Assembly: GCA_039794085.1 (NCBI GenBank)
Contig: JBDIWC010000009.1
Span: 3,095-67,094 of the forward strand
Reading direction: 5' to 3'
DNA from: Gemmatimonadales bacterium
GTDB lineage: Bacteria; Gemmatimonadota; Gemmatimonadetes; Gemmatimonadales; GWC2-71-9
DNA length: 64,000 nucleotides
Shown here: in pieces, positions 8,792 to 19,308 of the stretch
How positions within the stretch are numbered: position 1 is the first letter of the stretch
How the letters are laid out: every line of letters starts with the position of its first letter
The notes under the pieces: generated by a model
Told to the model about the DNA's origin: nothing
Seen by the model: the letters and a program-made list of their open reading frames with translations, nothing else
Databases searched by the model: none
Program-made: the position numbers and the translations under genes

Positions 8792-10102
8792 CTACATGGA
8801 CGGAGAGGGTCCTCGCCGGGGCGCGGCCTCGGCCGGTTTCCCAGGCCGTCCTGGCACGGGCACCGTGGTCAGCCGACCGGGGAGGATGGCCCGGTCTCCG
8901 AAACGTGAGGCGATCCGGTCAAGCACCGTCGCCAGATGGCGATCCCGGGGTGATTCTCCGGCGCGGATCCCCCGGCTCCCGTTCTGGCCCTCCGGAAAGA
9001 GGGCAAGTTGGGCGGGGCTTTCCCCCGTGGTCAGCCGGGTCGCGGCAATGCCGAGAAGACGCACCGGGACCCGGCGCCGCAGGCGGAGAGACCGGAGCAG
9101 ATCACACACCACCGGATACACTGCCTGGCGAGTGGACACGGGGACCGGAAGAGTCCGCGACGCCGAACGGGTCTGAAAGTCGAAATCCCGGAGCTTGAGG
9201 GTCACAATCGACGCTCGGAGACCCGCCCTCCGGAGATCCCTGCCCAGCCGTTCGGCCAGGCGGAGCAGCTCCCCCTGAAGCAGGGTGTCGTCATCGTGAT
9301 CCACCGGGAAGGTCTCCTCCCGGCTGACTGAGCGGGGATCCTCCCGCGGGTCGACCATGGTCCCTCCGATCCCCTGGAGACGCTCGTGGAGCCACCCACC
9401 CGTGCGATCACCAAACCAGTTCCGAAGGGTCGCCACCGGCACCCGCCGCGCCTCGACCACGCGAACAAGCCCCTGGGCCCGCAGTCGTTCCTGCAGTCGG
9501 GGCCCGATCCCGGGAATCGCCGCCAGATCGAGTGTCTCCAGAAAGGCGGCTTCCTCGCCCGGCGGCACGATATGGACTCCGGACCCTTCCTCGGCGTGTG
9601 GCTTGGCCCGTTCCGCCGCCAGCTTGGCCACAAGGCGGTTGGTCCCTCCTCCGATCGACAGGGTGATCCCGGTCCGGCTTCGCACCGCCTCACGGATGCG
9701 GCGAGCGGTCGCCTCGAGCGACTCGAACCGGTACAGCCGTTCGGTCCCCGTCATCGAGAGATAGAACTCATCGATGCTCGCCGGTTCCACGGCCGGCGCC
9801 CATTCCCGGAGAACGCTGGCCACCTCACGGCTTACAGCCTGGCACTCCTTGCGAGGCACCGGAACCACCTTCGCCTGGGGACACAGGAGGAGTGCCCGGC
9901 TCATCGGCATCCCGGACCGGACCCCAAACGTCCGGGCCTCGTAGGAGGCGGAGCACACCACTCCGCGTCCCTCCGGGCTCCCTCCCACCAGGAGATGCGG
10001 TGCCCGGCCCGCCCCTTCGGGATCCACGATCCTCGCCACGGCGCAGAACATGGCGTCACAATCGGCCAGGAGAATGCGCGGGGAAGCATGGGCTTCGGAC
10101 AT
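8792..10102 (-). CDS. dinB: DNA polymerase IV (Y family)
   Basis: ADCDAMFCAV, SASYEARTFGVRSGMP, SIDEFY, AKLAAERAKP, PGIG, SREETF, C-terminal QLALF clamp-binding motif; start reassigned to ATG 10102. Confidence 0.92.
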   Translation of the reverse strand: MSEAHASPRILLADCDAMFCAVARIVDPEGAGRAPHLLVGGSPEGRGVVCSASYEARTFGVRSGMPMSRALLLCPQAKVVPVPRKECQAVSREVASVLREWAPAVEPASIDEFYLSMTGTERLYRFESLEATARRIREAVRSRTGITLSIGGGTNRLVAKLAAERAKPHAEEGSGVHIVPPGEEAAFLETLDLAAIPGIGPRLQERLRAQGLVRVVEARRVPVATLRNWFGDRTGGWLHERLQGIGGTMVDPREDPRSVSREETFPVDHDDDTLLQGELLRLAERLGRDLRRAGLRASIVTLKLRDFDFQTRSASRTLPVPVSTRQAVYPVVCDLLRSLRLRRRVPVRLLGIAATRLTTGESPAQLALFPEGQNGSRGIRAGESPRDRHLATVLDRIASRFGDRAILPGRLTTVPVPGRPGKPAEAAPRRGPSPSM

Positions 10103-10204
10103 GGGGATCAAGATACAAGAGCCGGGAGGATGGAGTAGGGAGTCGGAAGCTGGCGGTAGGGCCGTGCATGCGTCGCCCGTGCCCTGGGTGGAACGATTTC
10201 TGGA

Positions 10205-10251
10205 TTGCGAACTGAGAACAGGAAGATTAACTTGCTGTGCAGCAAGCAAGT
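10205..10251 (+). promoter_or_regulatory. Putative tetR promoter with overlapping palindromic operator
   Basis: TTGCGA(10205)-N17-TAACTT(10228); palindrome CTTGCTG-TG-CAGCAAG (10231-10246) overlaps the -10/TSS. Confidence 0.55.
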
Positions 10252-10262
10252 GGAGGTATCGA

Positions 10263-10970
10263 ATGACGGAACCGGGACAGGGCGCCAATCGGGAGCGAAA
10301 CGCCGAGCTGACCCGGGAACGGGTCCTGCTGGCAGCGGAGCGCCTCTTCGCCGAGCAGGGTTTCGACCAGACCTCCCTGGCCGAGGTCGGGCGCCTGGCG
10401 GGGGTGTCCCGCGCCACCCCTGGTTATTTCTTCGGATCGAAGGCCGAGCTCTACCGATCTGTCCTCGAGTCCTGTTTTCAAAGGGTCCGGGACGCGGTGC
10501 GTGCCGGCCGGGAACGTTCGCAATCCACGGATGCTCCTCCGGAGGCGATCCTGGCCGGAGCCGTCGCCGATTATTCCACCTTCCTGGAACAGCACCCTCA
10601 TTTCGTGCGTTTGATGGAGAGGGAGGCACTGGCACCATCCACGGGCACGGGGGGAGGAGACATCCCCCCCAGGCTTGCGGCCGGCCAGGAGGCGCTGGAG
10701 GCGATTGTCGACGAGTTGGGTCTGACTCAGGAGGACCGGGACGCCGCCGCCCATCTGCTGGTAAGCCTGGTGGCGCTCTGCTGGTTTCCCCTGGTTCACG
10801 CCACCACCCTCGTCCGGGCCACCGGGCTGGATCCATCGGCCCCCGGTTACCCCGAGTCCCGTCGGCGGCATGTGGTGGATCTGATCCTCCACGGGGTTCG
10901 TGACTCTCTTCACACCCGCGCAGGCGGGTCGCGCACGGCATCACCCGTCACCACTGGAGTCTGTTCATGA
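10263..10970 (+). CDS. TetR/AcrR family transcriptional regulator
   Basis: [50 protein letters not shown]; SD GGAGGT before ATG 10263. Confidence 0.92.
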   Translation: MTEPGQGANRERNAELTRERVLLAAERLFAEQGFDQTSLAEVGRLAGVSRATPGYFFGSKAELYRSVLESCFQRVRDAVRAGRERSQSTDAPPEAILAGAVADYSTFLEQHPHFVRLMEREALAPSTGTGGGDIPPRLAAGQEALEAIVDELGLTQEDRDAAAHLLVSLVALCWFPLVHATTLVRATGLDPSAPGYPESRRRHVVDLILHGVRDSLHTRAGGSRTASPVTTGVCS

Positions 10971-12871
10971 CCGCCCTCACTCCCTCCCCCTCCCCGGCCC
11001 CCACCTCGGCGAATCGCGCGGTCCCGACCCCCCTGGCCACCGAAGCGGAGGCCCGCGAAGTGGCGGAGGCGGCACGGGAGTCGGAATGGACCGCACCCAG
11101 TTTCGTGCGTGAGCTGTTCGAGGGCTCTTTCCGGCTGGACCTCATCCATCCGTACCCGGCGCCCTCGCCCGAGGATGAGGCCCGGGCCCGGCCCTTTCTC
11201 GATCGGTTGGAAGCCTTCATGCGCGAGCGGGTCGACAGCGATGCCATCGATCGCGAGGGACAGATCCCGCCCGAGGTGGTGGAAGGGTTGCGGGCGATCG
11301 GTGCCTTCGGCATCAAGATCCCCGCGGAATACGGAGGCCTCGGCCTCAGTCAGTTGAGTTACACCCGGGCCATCGGGCTGGTCACGAGCCAGGACGGGAG
11401 TCTGACGGCCCTGCTGTCGGCGAGCCAGTCCATCGGGGTCCCCGTCCCCCTCAAGCTGTTCGGAACCGAGGAGCAGAAGAAGAAGTATCTGCCCCGGTTG
11501 GCGGCGGGAGCGATCTCGGCCTTCGCCCTGACGGAAAACAACGTGGGGTCCGACCCCGCCGGGCTCCAGACGACGGCCACGCTGAGCGAGGATGGGAGGC
11601 ACTACATCCTGAATGGTGAGAAGCTCTGGTGCACCAACGGGACGGTGGCGGAGTTGATGGTGGTGATGGCGCGCACCGGTCCGAAGCGAATCACCGCCTT
11701 CATCGTGGAAGCCGACTGGCCTGGCGTGGAGGTGGTCAACCGCCTCCACTTCATGGGACTCCGGGCCATCGAGAATGGCGTCCTCCGCTTCCATGATGTC
11801 AAGGTGCCCGTCGAGAACGTTCTCTGGGGGGAGGGCAAGGGGTTGAAACTTGCCCTCATCACCCTGAACACCGGTCGCCTGACTCTCCCGGCGAGTTGCG
11901 TGGCCGGAGCCAAACGATGCCTGCTCATTTCGCGCCGGTGGGCCGCGGAACGGGTGCAGTGGGGCCAGGCCGTGGGGAAGCACGACGCGATTGCCCAGAT
12001 GCTGGGGCGGATGGCGGCCGACACCTTTGCGATGGAAGCGGTGTCGGACCTCGCCTCGCTGCTGGCGGACCGGGGAAACACCGACATCCGGCTCGAGGCC
12101 GCCATGGCCAAGCTCTGGAACACCGAGGTGGGATGGCGCATCGCGGACGACACCCTCCAGATCAAGGGAGGGCGGGGCTTCGAGACCGCCGACAGCCTCC
12201 GCAGCCGGGGTGAACGCCCCGACCCGGTCGAGCGGATCCTGCGGGACTTCCGGATTAACCGGATCTTCGAGGGATCCTCCGAAATCATGCGGCTGTTCAT
12301 TGCCCGGGAGGCCGTGGACACGCATCTTCGCGTGGCGGGCGACCTCATCGACCCCCGAACCTCACTCGGGCAGAAAGCCCGCTCCCTCGGACGGGCGGCG
12401 CTCTTCTACGGGCTGTGGTACCCCCGGCTCTGGATCGGGTGGGGCCGGTGGCCCCGCTACGGCGAATTCGGCCGCCTGGCCACCCATGTGCGGTATGTGG
12501 AGCGGACCGGCCGTCGCCTGGCGCGGGCGTTGTTTCACGCGATGATCCGTTTTGGGCCCCGCCTGGAGAAGAGGCAGGCGGTCCTCGGCAGGCTGGTCGA
12601 CATCGGGGCCGAGCTCCTGGCCATTTCCGCCGCCTGCAGCCGGGCCCGGGCCCTCGGGCGAGCCGCCCCGGAAGAGCGGGGACCGGAGGAACTCGCCGAC
12701 CTCTTCAGCCGTCAGGCGCGGCGGCGTATCCGGGTCCTCTTTGCGGGGCTTCGCGGAAACGACGACACCCGGGCCTACCGGACCGCGCGCACCGTGCTCG
12801 AGGGTGGGCACGCCTGGCTGGAGCATGGGATCGTGCGGGACACGGGTGACGGGGCCCCCCGCGCCGAGTAA
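10967..12871 (+). CDS. Acyl-CoA dehydrogenase (long, ACAD9/VLCAD-like)
   Basis: [57 protein letters not shown]; ATGA overlap with tetR. Confidence 0.93.
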   Translation: MTALTPSPSPAPTSANRAVPTPLATEAEAREVAEAARESEWTAPSFVRELFEGSFRLDLIHPYPAPSPEDEARARPFLDRLEAFMRERVDSDAIDREGQIPPEVVEGLRAIGAFGIKIPAEYGGLGLSQLSYTRAIGLVTSQDGSLTALLSASQSIGVPVPLKLFGTEEQKKKYLPRLAAGAISAFALTENNVGSDPAGLQTTATLSEDGRHYILNGEKLWCTNGTVAELMVVMARTGPKRITAFIVEADWPGVEVVNRLHFMGLRAIENGVLRFHDVKVPVENVLWGEGKGLKLALITLNTGRLTLPASCVAGAKRCLLISRRWAAERVQWGQAVGKHDAIAQMLGRMAADTFAMEAVSDLASLLADRGNTDIRLEAAMAKLWNTEVGWRIADDTLQIKGGRGFETADSLRSRGERPDPVERILRDFRINRIFEGSSEIMRLFIAREAVDTHLRVAGDLIDPRTSLGQKARSLGRAALFYGLWYPRLWIGWGRWPRYGEFGRLATHVRYVERTGRRLARALFHAMIRFGPRLEKRQAVLGRLVDIGAELLAISAACSRARALGRAAPEERGPEELADLFSRQARRRIRVLFAGLRGNDDTRAYRTARTVLEGGHAWLEHGIVRDTGDGAPRAE

Positions 12872-12909
12872 GTTCCGAGTCCGATTCGTCCCCTTGTCCG
12901 GAGCCCCGC

Positions 12910-13299
12910 ATGGCGGAAGCCGCAGGCCGAACCATCCCGTTCGTCGGAGCCGACCAGATCGACACGGCGGTTCTGGAGACGTTTCCGTACCACGGCCCCA
13001 CCCAGGAGATCGTGACCGACACCCCTGAGTTCAGCGCGGTCTGTCCCTACAGCGGCCTCCCCGACCTCGGTCGCCTGCTCATCACGTATTCCCCCCGGGA
13101 TCGCTGCGTCGAGTTGAAGAGTCTCAAGTACTACATGGTCAGTTTCCGGAATGTCGGCATTTTCCAGGAGCAGGCCACGGCCCGGATCGCGGAGGATCTC
13201 TTCCGGCTCCTCGACCCGCACGTCCTGACCGTGCGCACGGTGTACCAGGTTCGAGGAGGATTCGAGACCACCTGCACGGTGCAACTGCCGGAGAGATAG
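12910..13299 (+). CDS. queF: NADPH-dependent preQ0 reductase (type I)
   Basis: PEFSAVCPYSGLPD, VELKSLKYY, FRNVGIFQE, VRGG. Confidence 0.9.
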   Translation: MAEAAGRTIPFVGADQIDTAVLETFPYHGPTQEIVTDTPEFSAVCPYSGLPDLGRLLITYSPRDRCVELKSLKYYMVSFRNVGIFQEQATARIAEDLFRLLDPHVLTVRTVYQVRGGFETTCTVQLPER

Positions 13300-13305
13300 T
13301 CGCCC

Positions 13306-14127
13306 TCACCCCTCTCGGGGAGCCACCAGCCGCTTGGCCAGGGTGCGGATCCGCACGGACTCCACGAGTTGCGCCACGCGCACCGCGGGGAGGCTCTGCT
13401 CTCCCTCCCGCGCCCCGCTCAATCCGAGAACCACCGCACTGACCATCGGGGGGGGGCGGACCGACTCCAGCCACCCGAGGACGCCCCTGGCCTGTCCGAA
13501 ACGATGGAGAACCCCGAGCCCGATTTCGAGGCACGGAATCGGCCCCGGATCCCTGTCCCCCGGGAGGTTGACCGGCTGCCGCAGGGGGATGCGGCGGAGG
13601 GCGGAGAGAACTTCCTCGGGGGCGTCGTTGGCCTGGAGGGCGGCGATCACATCCCCGAGAAAATCACGGCGCCCGGCCAGAAACTGTGCGGCGGCCACCC
13701 CGACCGCCACCGCCGCCCACGCCGTGGCAGGGTCCGGATGAGTGAGAGAGGCCACGTGATAGACGCCGGAAACCAGGGATGAGGGCGAGTTCCGGGCTGC
13801 CAGGACCACGGGCAACGCCACCACGAGAGCCGCGCTGTCGGGTTCGGGCCCGAGGTCGCGCGGGGGGGCGTCCCAGCGGGCGAGGAAGTCCAGGCCAGCG
13901 GAGGTTCCCGGAGCCACGGGACCTCGGTCGGATTCACGCAGGTACCACTCCACCCATCGCCGTGCCACCCGACCCAAGTCGACGGGATCGTCCCGCAGCT
14001 CATCGGCGAGGATGAGCATGCGTTCGACCGGATCGGGAGTTGCACCCGGCCCGGAACCCATCCCGGCCGCCACCCCGAGAAGGGTGCCGCGCGCGCGTTC
14101 ACTCAGGTTGGGCTGGGGACGGCTCAC
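13306..14127 (-). CDS. ADP-ribosylglycohydrolase-fold protein, catalytically degenerate
   Basis: RARGTLLGVAAG, SLTHPDP, LGLSGA..G...LP fit the DraG/ARH fold, but the TDD and DxDT acidic motifs are missing. Confidence 0.7.
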   Translation of the reverse strand: MSRPQPNLSERARGTLLGVAAGMGSGPGATPDPVERMLILADELRDDPVDLGRVARRWVEWYLRESDRGPVAPGTSAGLDFLARWDAPPRDLGPEPDSAALVVALPVVLAARNSPSSLVSGVYHVASLTHPDPATAWAAVAVGVAAAQFLAGRRDFLGDVIAALQANDAPEEVLSALRRIPLRQPVNLPGDRDPGPIPCLEIGLGVLHRFGQARGVLGWLESVRPPPMVSAVVLGLSGAREGEQSLPAVRVAQLVESVRIRTLAKRLVAPREG

Positions 14128-14252
14128 AGTGCACCGATCAGCGGGAGGTCAGGATGCCATGGGTTCATTGGGGCGTGCAAGGTGGCTATGTTACAGCACC
14201 TGATGGACCGGGACAACCCTCTGCTCTTCACCTCCCGCGAAGGACCGCAGCC

Positions 14253-15533
14253 GTGGCCGACACCCTGACAATCACCGACAACCGCACCGGCAAGACCTAC
14301 GAGGTTCCGGTCAGCGAGGGCACCGTCCGAGCGCTGGATCTGCGTCAGATCAAGACCGCGGAGGATGACTTCGGTCTCATGACCTACGACCCGGCCTACA
14401 CCAACACGGCCTCCTGCCGGAGTGCCATCACCTACATCGACGGCGACCGGGGCATCCTGCGCTACCGCGGATACCCGATCGAGCAGATCGCGGAGGATGC
14501 CACGTTCCTGGAGGTGGCCTATCTGCTGGGCGAAGGCGAGCTCCCGACGACCGAGCAGCTCGACCGGTGGATCAACGACATTCGGTATCACACCTACGTC
14601 CACACCAACATCATCAAATTTCTCGAAGGATTCCGGTACGACGCTCACCCCATGGGCATGCTCCTGGGGGCCGTGGGCGCCCTGTCCACCTTCTATCCCG
14701 ATGCCAAGGACATTCAGGACCCGGCCAACCGCCGAGTGCAGCGGATCCGCCTCCTCGCCAAGATCCCCACGATCGCGGCCTTCGCGTTCCGCCACTCCCG
14801 GGGCCTGCCCTATGAGTTCCCGCGCAACGATCTCGACTACATCGGCAACTTCGTGAACATGACGTTCAGCATCGGGGGCCGGCACGAACCCAACCCCGTA
14901 CTGCAGCGGGCCCTGGAAATTCTTCTCATCCTCCATGCGGATCATGAGCAGAACTGTTCAACCAGCGCGGTCCGGTCGGTGGGGTCCTCCCAGGTGGATC
15001 CGTTTTCGGCCATCTCGGCGGGGATTGCGGCGCTCTACGGCCCCCTGCATGGAGGAGCAAACGAGGCGGTGTTGCGGATGCTCGACCAGATCGGGACGCC
15101 CGCGGGCATTCCGGCCTTCATCGAGAGCGTCAAGCGCGGGGAGGGCCGGCTGATGGGGTTCGGACACCGGGTCTACAAGTCCTACGATCCACGGGCGCGC
15201 CTGATCAAGCGCGTGGCCGACCAGGTCTTCGAACAAACCGGTCTCAACCCCAAGCTGGAGATCGCGCTGGAACTGGAGCGGATCGCCCTGGAGGACGACT
15301 ACTTCATCTCCCGGAAGCTCTATCCCAACGTGGACTTCTACTCCGGATTGATCTATCAGGCGATGGGATACCCGACGGACTACTTCACGGTCCTCTTCGC
15401 CATCGGACGGATGCCGGGATGGCTGGCGCAATGGGAGGAGATGCTGCTGGACAAGGAGCAGAAGATCGCCCGGCCCCGGCAGATCTACACGGGAGAGGCG
15501 GAGCGCCCCTACGTGCCGCGCCACCGCCGCTGA
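14253..15533 (+). CDS. gltA: Citrate synthase (type II)
   Basis: YDPAYTNTASC, GILRYRGY, AHPM, LHADHEQNCST, GPLHGGANE, MGFGHRVYK, YPNVDFYSG, RPRQ; GTG start at 14253. Confidence 0.95.
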   Translation: MADTLTITDNRTGKTYEVPVSEGTVRALDLRQIKTAEDDFGLMTYDPAYTNTASCRSAITYIDGDRGILRYRGYPIEQIAEDATFLEVAYLLGEGELPTTEQLDRWINDIRYHTYVHTNIIKFLEGFRYDAHPMGMLLGAVGALSTFYPDAKDIQDPANRRVQRIRLLAKIPTIAAFAFRHSRGLPYEFPRNDLDYIGNFVNMTFSIGGRHEPNPVLQRALEILLILHADHEQNCSTSAVRSVGSSQVDPFSAISAGIAALYGPLHGGANEAVLRMLDQIGTPAGIPAFIESVKRGEGRLMGFGHRVYKSYDPRARLIKRVADQVFEQTGLNPKLEIALELERIALEDDYFISRKLYPNVDFYSGLIYQAMGYPTDYFTVLFAIGRMPGWLAQWEEMLLDKEQKIARPRQIYTGEAERPYVPRHRR

Positions 15534-15548
15534 CCAGCGGGGTGCCGC

Positions 15549-17552
15549 TCAGGCGGTCCCGCCGGGGGCGTTGGGGGAGGACTCCACCGTTCGGGCCGCC
15601 TCTCGCGGGGGGGGGCACGGCGTGTTTCCGGCGCTGGCATGAAGGTCCCCCTCGAGGTAGGTGTACCCCTCGAGTCCACTCACATAGTCCGCGATGAAGG
15701 CGTTGGCGTCCTGTCGAGACAAGGCACCCGCCTGCTGGACCTTGCGACGGAAGGTGGCGAGGAGGTCCGAGGCATGGAACTGGACATAGTTCAGGACCTC
15801 GGTCACGGTGTCCCCGTGCACCAGATCGGTGATCGCATAGCCGCCGTTGCCCGTCATCTCCACGTGGACGGCGTTGGTGTCTCCAAAGAGGTTGTGGAGG
15901 TCACCGAGAATCTCCTGATACGCCCCGACCAGGAACACACCCAGGATGTAGGGATCTCCCGGGCACACCGGGTGCAGTTCCAGGCACGGCTTGCCCTTGC
16001 GGCCACCGGCAAAATGATCGATGACGCCGTCACTGTCGCAGGTGATGTCCTGCAGCGTCCCCCGCCGGGTCGGCTCCTCCAGCAGGCGGTGCACCGGCAT
16101 GATCGGGAAGAGCTGGTCGATGGCCCAATTGTCGGGGAGGGACTGAAAGACCGAAAAGTTGCAGAAGTACCGGTCCACCAGGGCGGCATCGAGGTGGGCC
16201 GTGATCTCGGGCCAGGCATTCCGCTCCGGGGCGATCAGGCGAGCCACCGCGTTGAGGGTGGCCAGATACATCTCCTCGATGTCGGCACGGTCCCGGAGGC
16301 TGATGGCGTCGCTGGCAAAGAGCTCCGGCACCCGTTCCTTGGCAAAGAGTGCGTCGTGGAACACCTCCTGCACCCGATCCGCCGCCAGGGACTCCAGGTT
16401 CTCGATCAGCTCCCGGAGCATCGGTGGGGAATCCACCCGGGTCGGAGGAGCGAGGGGAACGGTGGGCGTGCCTTCCTGTGACTCGACGTCGGTCACATTG
16501 ATCAGCAGCAGGGAATGATGGGCGGTGAGGGCCCGACCCGATTCCGTGATGATATCGGGCATCGGATGCCCGGCGGACCGGGCGATCGTGCCCAGCACAT
16601 AAATCACGTCGTTGGCATACTCTCGCGTCGTGTAGTTCATGCTGGCATGGCGGGTCGACCGGGACCCGTCGTAGTCCACGCCCAGCCCTCCGCCCACATC
16701 CACGTGGGTCAGTTCGAACCCGAGATCCCGAATCTCCGCGTAGTAGCGGCCGATCTCCTCCAGGCCGGTGCGCACCACCCGGATGTCGGTGATCTGACTG
16801 CCCAGATGGAAGTGGACCAGCTTGAGCAGGTGCGGCAGGCCTTTCGCCGTCAGCCGGTCGAGGAGGCGCATGAGCTGGACCGCACCGAGTCCGAACTTGG
16901 ACGTCTCCCCCCCACTCTTGGCCCATCGCCCGGAGCCCTCGGCGGTGAGTTTGATGCGAACCCCGAGCGTCGGGACCACACCCATCTCCCCCGCCACCGC
17001 CAGGACCGTGTCGAGCTCCGCCACCGACTCCAGCACGATGAACACGCGGTGACCCAGGCGCTGACCCATGAGGGCCAATCGCATGAACTCCTCGTCCTTG
17101 TACCCGTTGCACACGATGACATGGTCGGTGCGCTCGGTCAGGCCCAGGATGGCCTGCAACTCCGCCTTGCTCCCGCACTCCAACCCCACTCCGAACGGAC
17201 CGCCGTACTCGACGATCTCTTCGACGACATGCCTTTGCTGGTTGACCTTGACCGGATAGACGGTGGTGTAACCTCCCGTGTATCCGAACTCCTCCATGGC
17301 ACGCTGAAAATCCGTGGCCAGGGTCGTGATGCGCGCCTGCAGAATGTCCGAAAACCGGAGCAGCAGCGGCAAACCCACGCCCTGCGCGCTCAGGTCCATG
17401 GCCAGTTGAAAGACGTCGAGTTCCTTGGTGTCCGTGGGGTCGGGGCGCACGACAACGTGGCCCTCCGCATTGATCCGGAAGTATCCGAGACCCCACCCCG
17501 GCATGTTGTAGAGCCTCTCCGAGTCCTTGGCGGACCATGTCGTGCCGGCGAT
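15549..17552 (-). CDS. speA: Biosynthetic arginine decarboxylase; start codon uncertain (probably non-canonical ATC)
   Basis: WS....RLYN..GWG.GYF, YPVKVNQ (PLP lysine), GLECGSKAE, CNGYKD, HFHLGSQI, DVGGGLG, FQSLPDNWAIDQLFP, DITCDSDG, GAYQEILGDLHNLFGD. Confidence 0.94.
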   Translation of the reverse strand: MAGTTWSAKDSERLYNMPGWGLGYFRINAEGHVVVRPDPTDTKELDVFQLAMDLSAQGVGLPLLLRFSDILQARITTLATDFQRAMEEFGYTGGYTTVYPVKVNQQRHVVEEIVEYGGPFGVGLECGSKAELQAILGLTERTDHVIVCNGYKDEEFMRLALMGQRLGHRVFIVLESVAELDTVLAVAGEMGVVPTLGVRIKLTAEGSGRWAKSGGETSKFGLGAVQLMRLLDRLTAKGLPHLLKLVHFHLGSQITDIRVVRTGLEEIGRYYAEIRDLGFELTHVDVGGGLGVDYDGSRSTRHASMNYTTREYANDVIYVLGTIARSAGHPMPDIITESGRALTAHHSLLLINVTDVESQEGTPTVPLAPPTRVDSPPMLRELIENLESLAADRVQEVFHDALFAKERVPELFASDAISLRDRADIEEMYLATLNAVARLIAPERNAWPEITAHLDAALVDRYFCNFSVFQSLPDNWAIDQLFPIMPVHRLLEEPTRRGTLQDITCDSDGVIDHFAGGRKGKPCLELHPVCPGDPYILGVFLVGAYQEILGDLHNLFGDTNAVHVEMTGNGGYAITDLVHGDTVTEVLNYVQFHASDLLATFRRKVQQAGALSRQDANAFIADYVSGLEGYTYLEGDLHASAGNTPCPPPREAARTVESSPNAPGGTA

Positions 17553-17557
17553 CAGAT

Positions 17558-17617
17558 CCTCCTGGAGCAGGTCGGGGTGGACGGAGTCAATTGTAATGGC
17601 TGAGCGGATGAGCGCAA
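17558..17617 (-). promoter_or_regulatory. Putative speA sigma-70 promoter and ribosome-binding site
   Basis: Minus strand TTGCGC(17617-17612)-N16-TACAAT(17595-17590), then AGGAGG (17563-17558). Confidence 0.55.
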
Positions 17618-17663
17618 CCGGAATCCCCGCGATGCCCGCGAGGTCGGCCGCTATATTGGGAGG

Positions 17664-18605
17664 ATGCCGACCACCACCTCCGAGCCGGACCGGGCGGGAC
17701 GCGCCGCCCGCATCGTCACCATCACCGGCGGGCGGGGGTTGATCGGGACTGCCCTGACCGGGGCTCTGCGGCAACGCGGGGACCAGGTCCGGATCCTGTC
17801 CCGCTCACCCGACCCCGGAGAGTTCCGGTGGAATCCCGATTCGGGAGAGCTGGACCTCGCCGCCTTCGAAGGGAGCGACGCGGTGATCCACCTGGCGGGC
17901 GAAGGAATTGCCACCGGCCGGTGGACCGCGGACCGAATGACCCGCATTCGATCTTCCCGGAGAGATGGAACCGCCCTGGTGGCTTCGGCCCTCGGCATGC
18001 TGACCCACCCACCGGCCGTGTTGTTGTCGGCCTCGGCCATTGGCATCTACGGAAACCGGGGCGACACCATCCTGACCGAATCGTCCCCACTCGGTTCCGG
18101 ATTCCTCCCGGAGGTGGGAAGGGAGTGGGAAGGGGCGACCTCCCCTGCGTCCATGGTCGGCATTCGCACGGTCCTCCTTCGCATCGGTCTGGTTCTCACG
18201 CCAGACGGGGGGATCCTGCGCCGGCTCCTGCCTCCCTTCCGCCTGGGCCTCGGCGGCCCCCTCGGGAACGGACAGCAGTGGATGAGTTGGATCGCCCTTC
18301 CCGATCTCGTGGCCGCCATTCTCTTTCTGCTGGACGGCCGCGTGGCCGGGGCGGTCAACCTCACGGCGCCTGCGCCGGTTCGGAACGCCGAATTCACGAG
18401 CCTGGTTGCGGCAACCCTGCACCGCCCCGCCCTGTTCCGCGTGCCCGCGTTCGCTCTCCGTCTGGCCTTCGGCTCTCTGGCCGATGAGGCACTCCTCTCC
18501 AGCCAGCGCGTGGAACCCGCCCGCCTGGTGGCGGCCGGGTTTCCGTTCCGTTATCCCCAGCTCGCGCCGGCCCTGACATCGCTGCTGGGACCGAAGACGG
18601 CGTGA
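17664..18605 (+). CDS. TIGR01777/YfcH-like NAD-dependent epimerase family protein
   Basis: [50 protein letters not shown]. Confidence 0.9.
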   Translation: MPTTTSEPDRAGRAARIVTITGGRGLIGTALTGALRQRGDQVRILSRSPDPGEFRWNPDSGELDLAAFEGSDAVIHLAGEGIATGRWTADRMTRIRSSRRDGTALVASALGMLTHPPAVLLSASAIGIYGNRGDTILTESSPLGSGFLPEVGREWEGATSPASMVGIRTVLLRIGLVLTPDGGILRRLLPPFRLGLGGPLGNGQQWMSWIALPDLVAAILFLLDGRVAGAVNLTAPAPVRNAEFTSLVAATLHRPALFRVPAFALRLAFGSLADEALLSSQRVEPARLVAAGFPFRYPQLAPALTSLLGPKTA

Positions 18606-19303
18606 CTCCCCCTGCCGTGGTCCTCCTGAGCGGCGGACTCGACTCGGCCACCGTGCTCGCGATGGCCCGGGCGGAGGGATTGGCCTGTCATGCACTCAGC
18701 CTTCGGTACGGGCAGCGTCACGCCCTGGAACTCCTGGCGGCCCGTCAGGTGGCCTCGGCCCTGGGCGCCGTCCAGCACGTGGTGCTCGATCTCGACCTCA
18801 CGGTGTTCGGGGGGTCAGCCCTGACCACACGCACCATCGATGTTCCCAAGGCCCCGGAGCGGGCAGGTGCCGCCAGCAGCGACGGGATTCCGGTGACCTA
18901 CGTCCCGGCCCGGAACACCATCCTGCTCTCCCTGGCACTGGCCTGGGCCGAGGTTCTGGGTGCGGAGGACATTTTCCTGGGGGTCAACGCCGTGGACTAC
19001 AGCGGATATCCTGATTGCCGCCCCGAGTTCATCGAGGCATTCCAGCGCCTTGTGTCCCGGGCCACCGCCGCCACCACGGGAGGGCGGGAGATTCGCATTC
19101 GCGCCCCCCTCCTTCACCTCGGCAAGGCCGATATCATCCGACGGGGGATCGCCCTGGGTGTCGACTACGCCATGACCGTCTCCTGTTATGACCCCGACGA
19201 CACCGGAGCGGCCTGCGGCGAGTGTGACGCCTGTCACCTCCGGCTCCAGGGATTCGCGGCGGCCGGAGTGACCGATCCGGGCCGATACCGGGTCCGAGGC
19301 TGA
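18602..19303 (+). CDS. queC: 7-cyano-7-deazaguanine synthase
   Basis: [34 protein letters not shown]...CGECDAC. Confidence 0.95.
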   Translation: MTPPAVVLLSGGLDSATVLAMARAEGLACHALSLRYGQRHALELLAARQVASALGAVQHVVLDLDLTVFGGSALTTRTIDVPKAPERAGAASSDGIPVTYVPARNTILLSLALAWAEVLGAEDIFLGVNAVDYSGYPDCRPEFIEAFQRLVSRATAATTGGREIRIRAPLLHLGKADIIRRGIALGVDYAMTVSCYDPDDTGAACGECDACHLRLQGFAAAGVTDPGRYRVRG

Positions 19304-19308
19304 GGCCC

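Noticed and set aside
10103-10260. LexA/SOS box upstream of dinB
   Set aside because: No motif I recognise. The one palindrome overlaps the tetR promoter and is better explained as a TetR operator.
16030-17538. 502-aa alternative-frame ORF inside speA starting at ATG 17538
   Set aside because: It is Arg/Gly/Pro-rich low-information sequence and its ATG is 19 nt from the SD, while the SpeA frame carries all conserved motifs.
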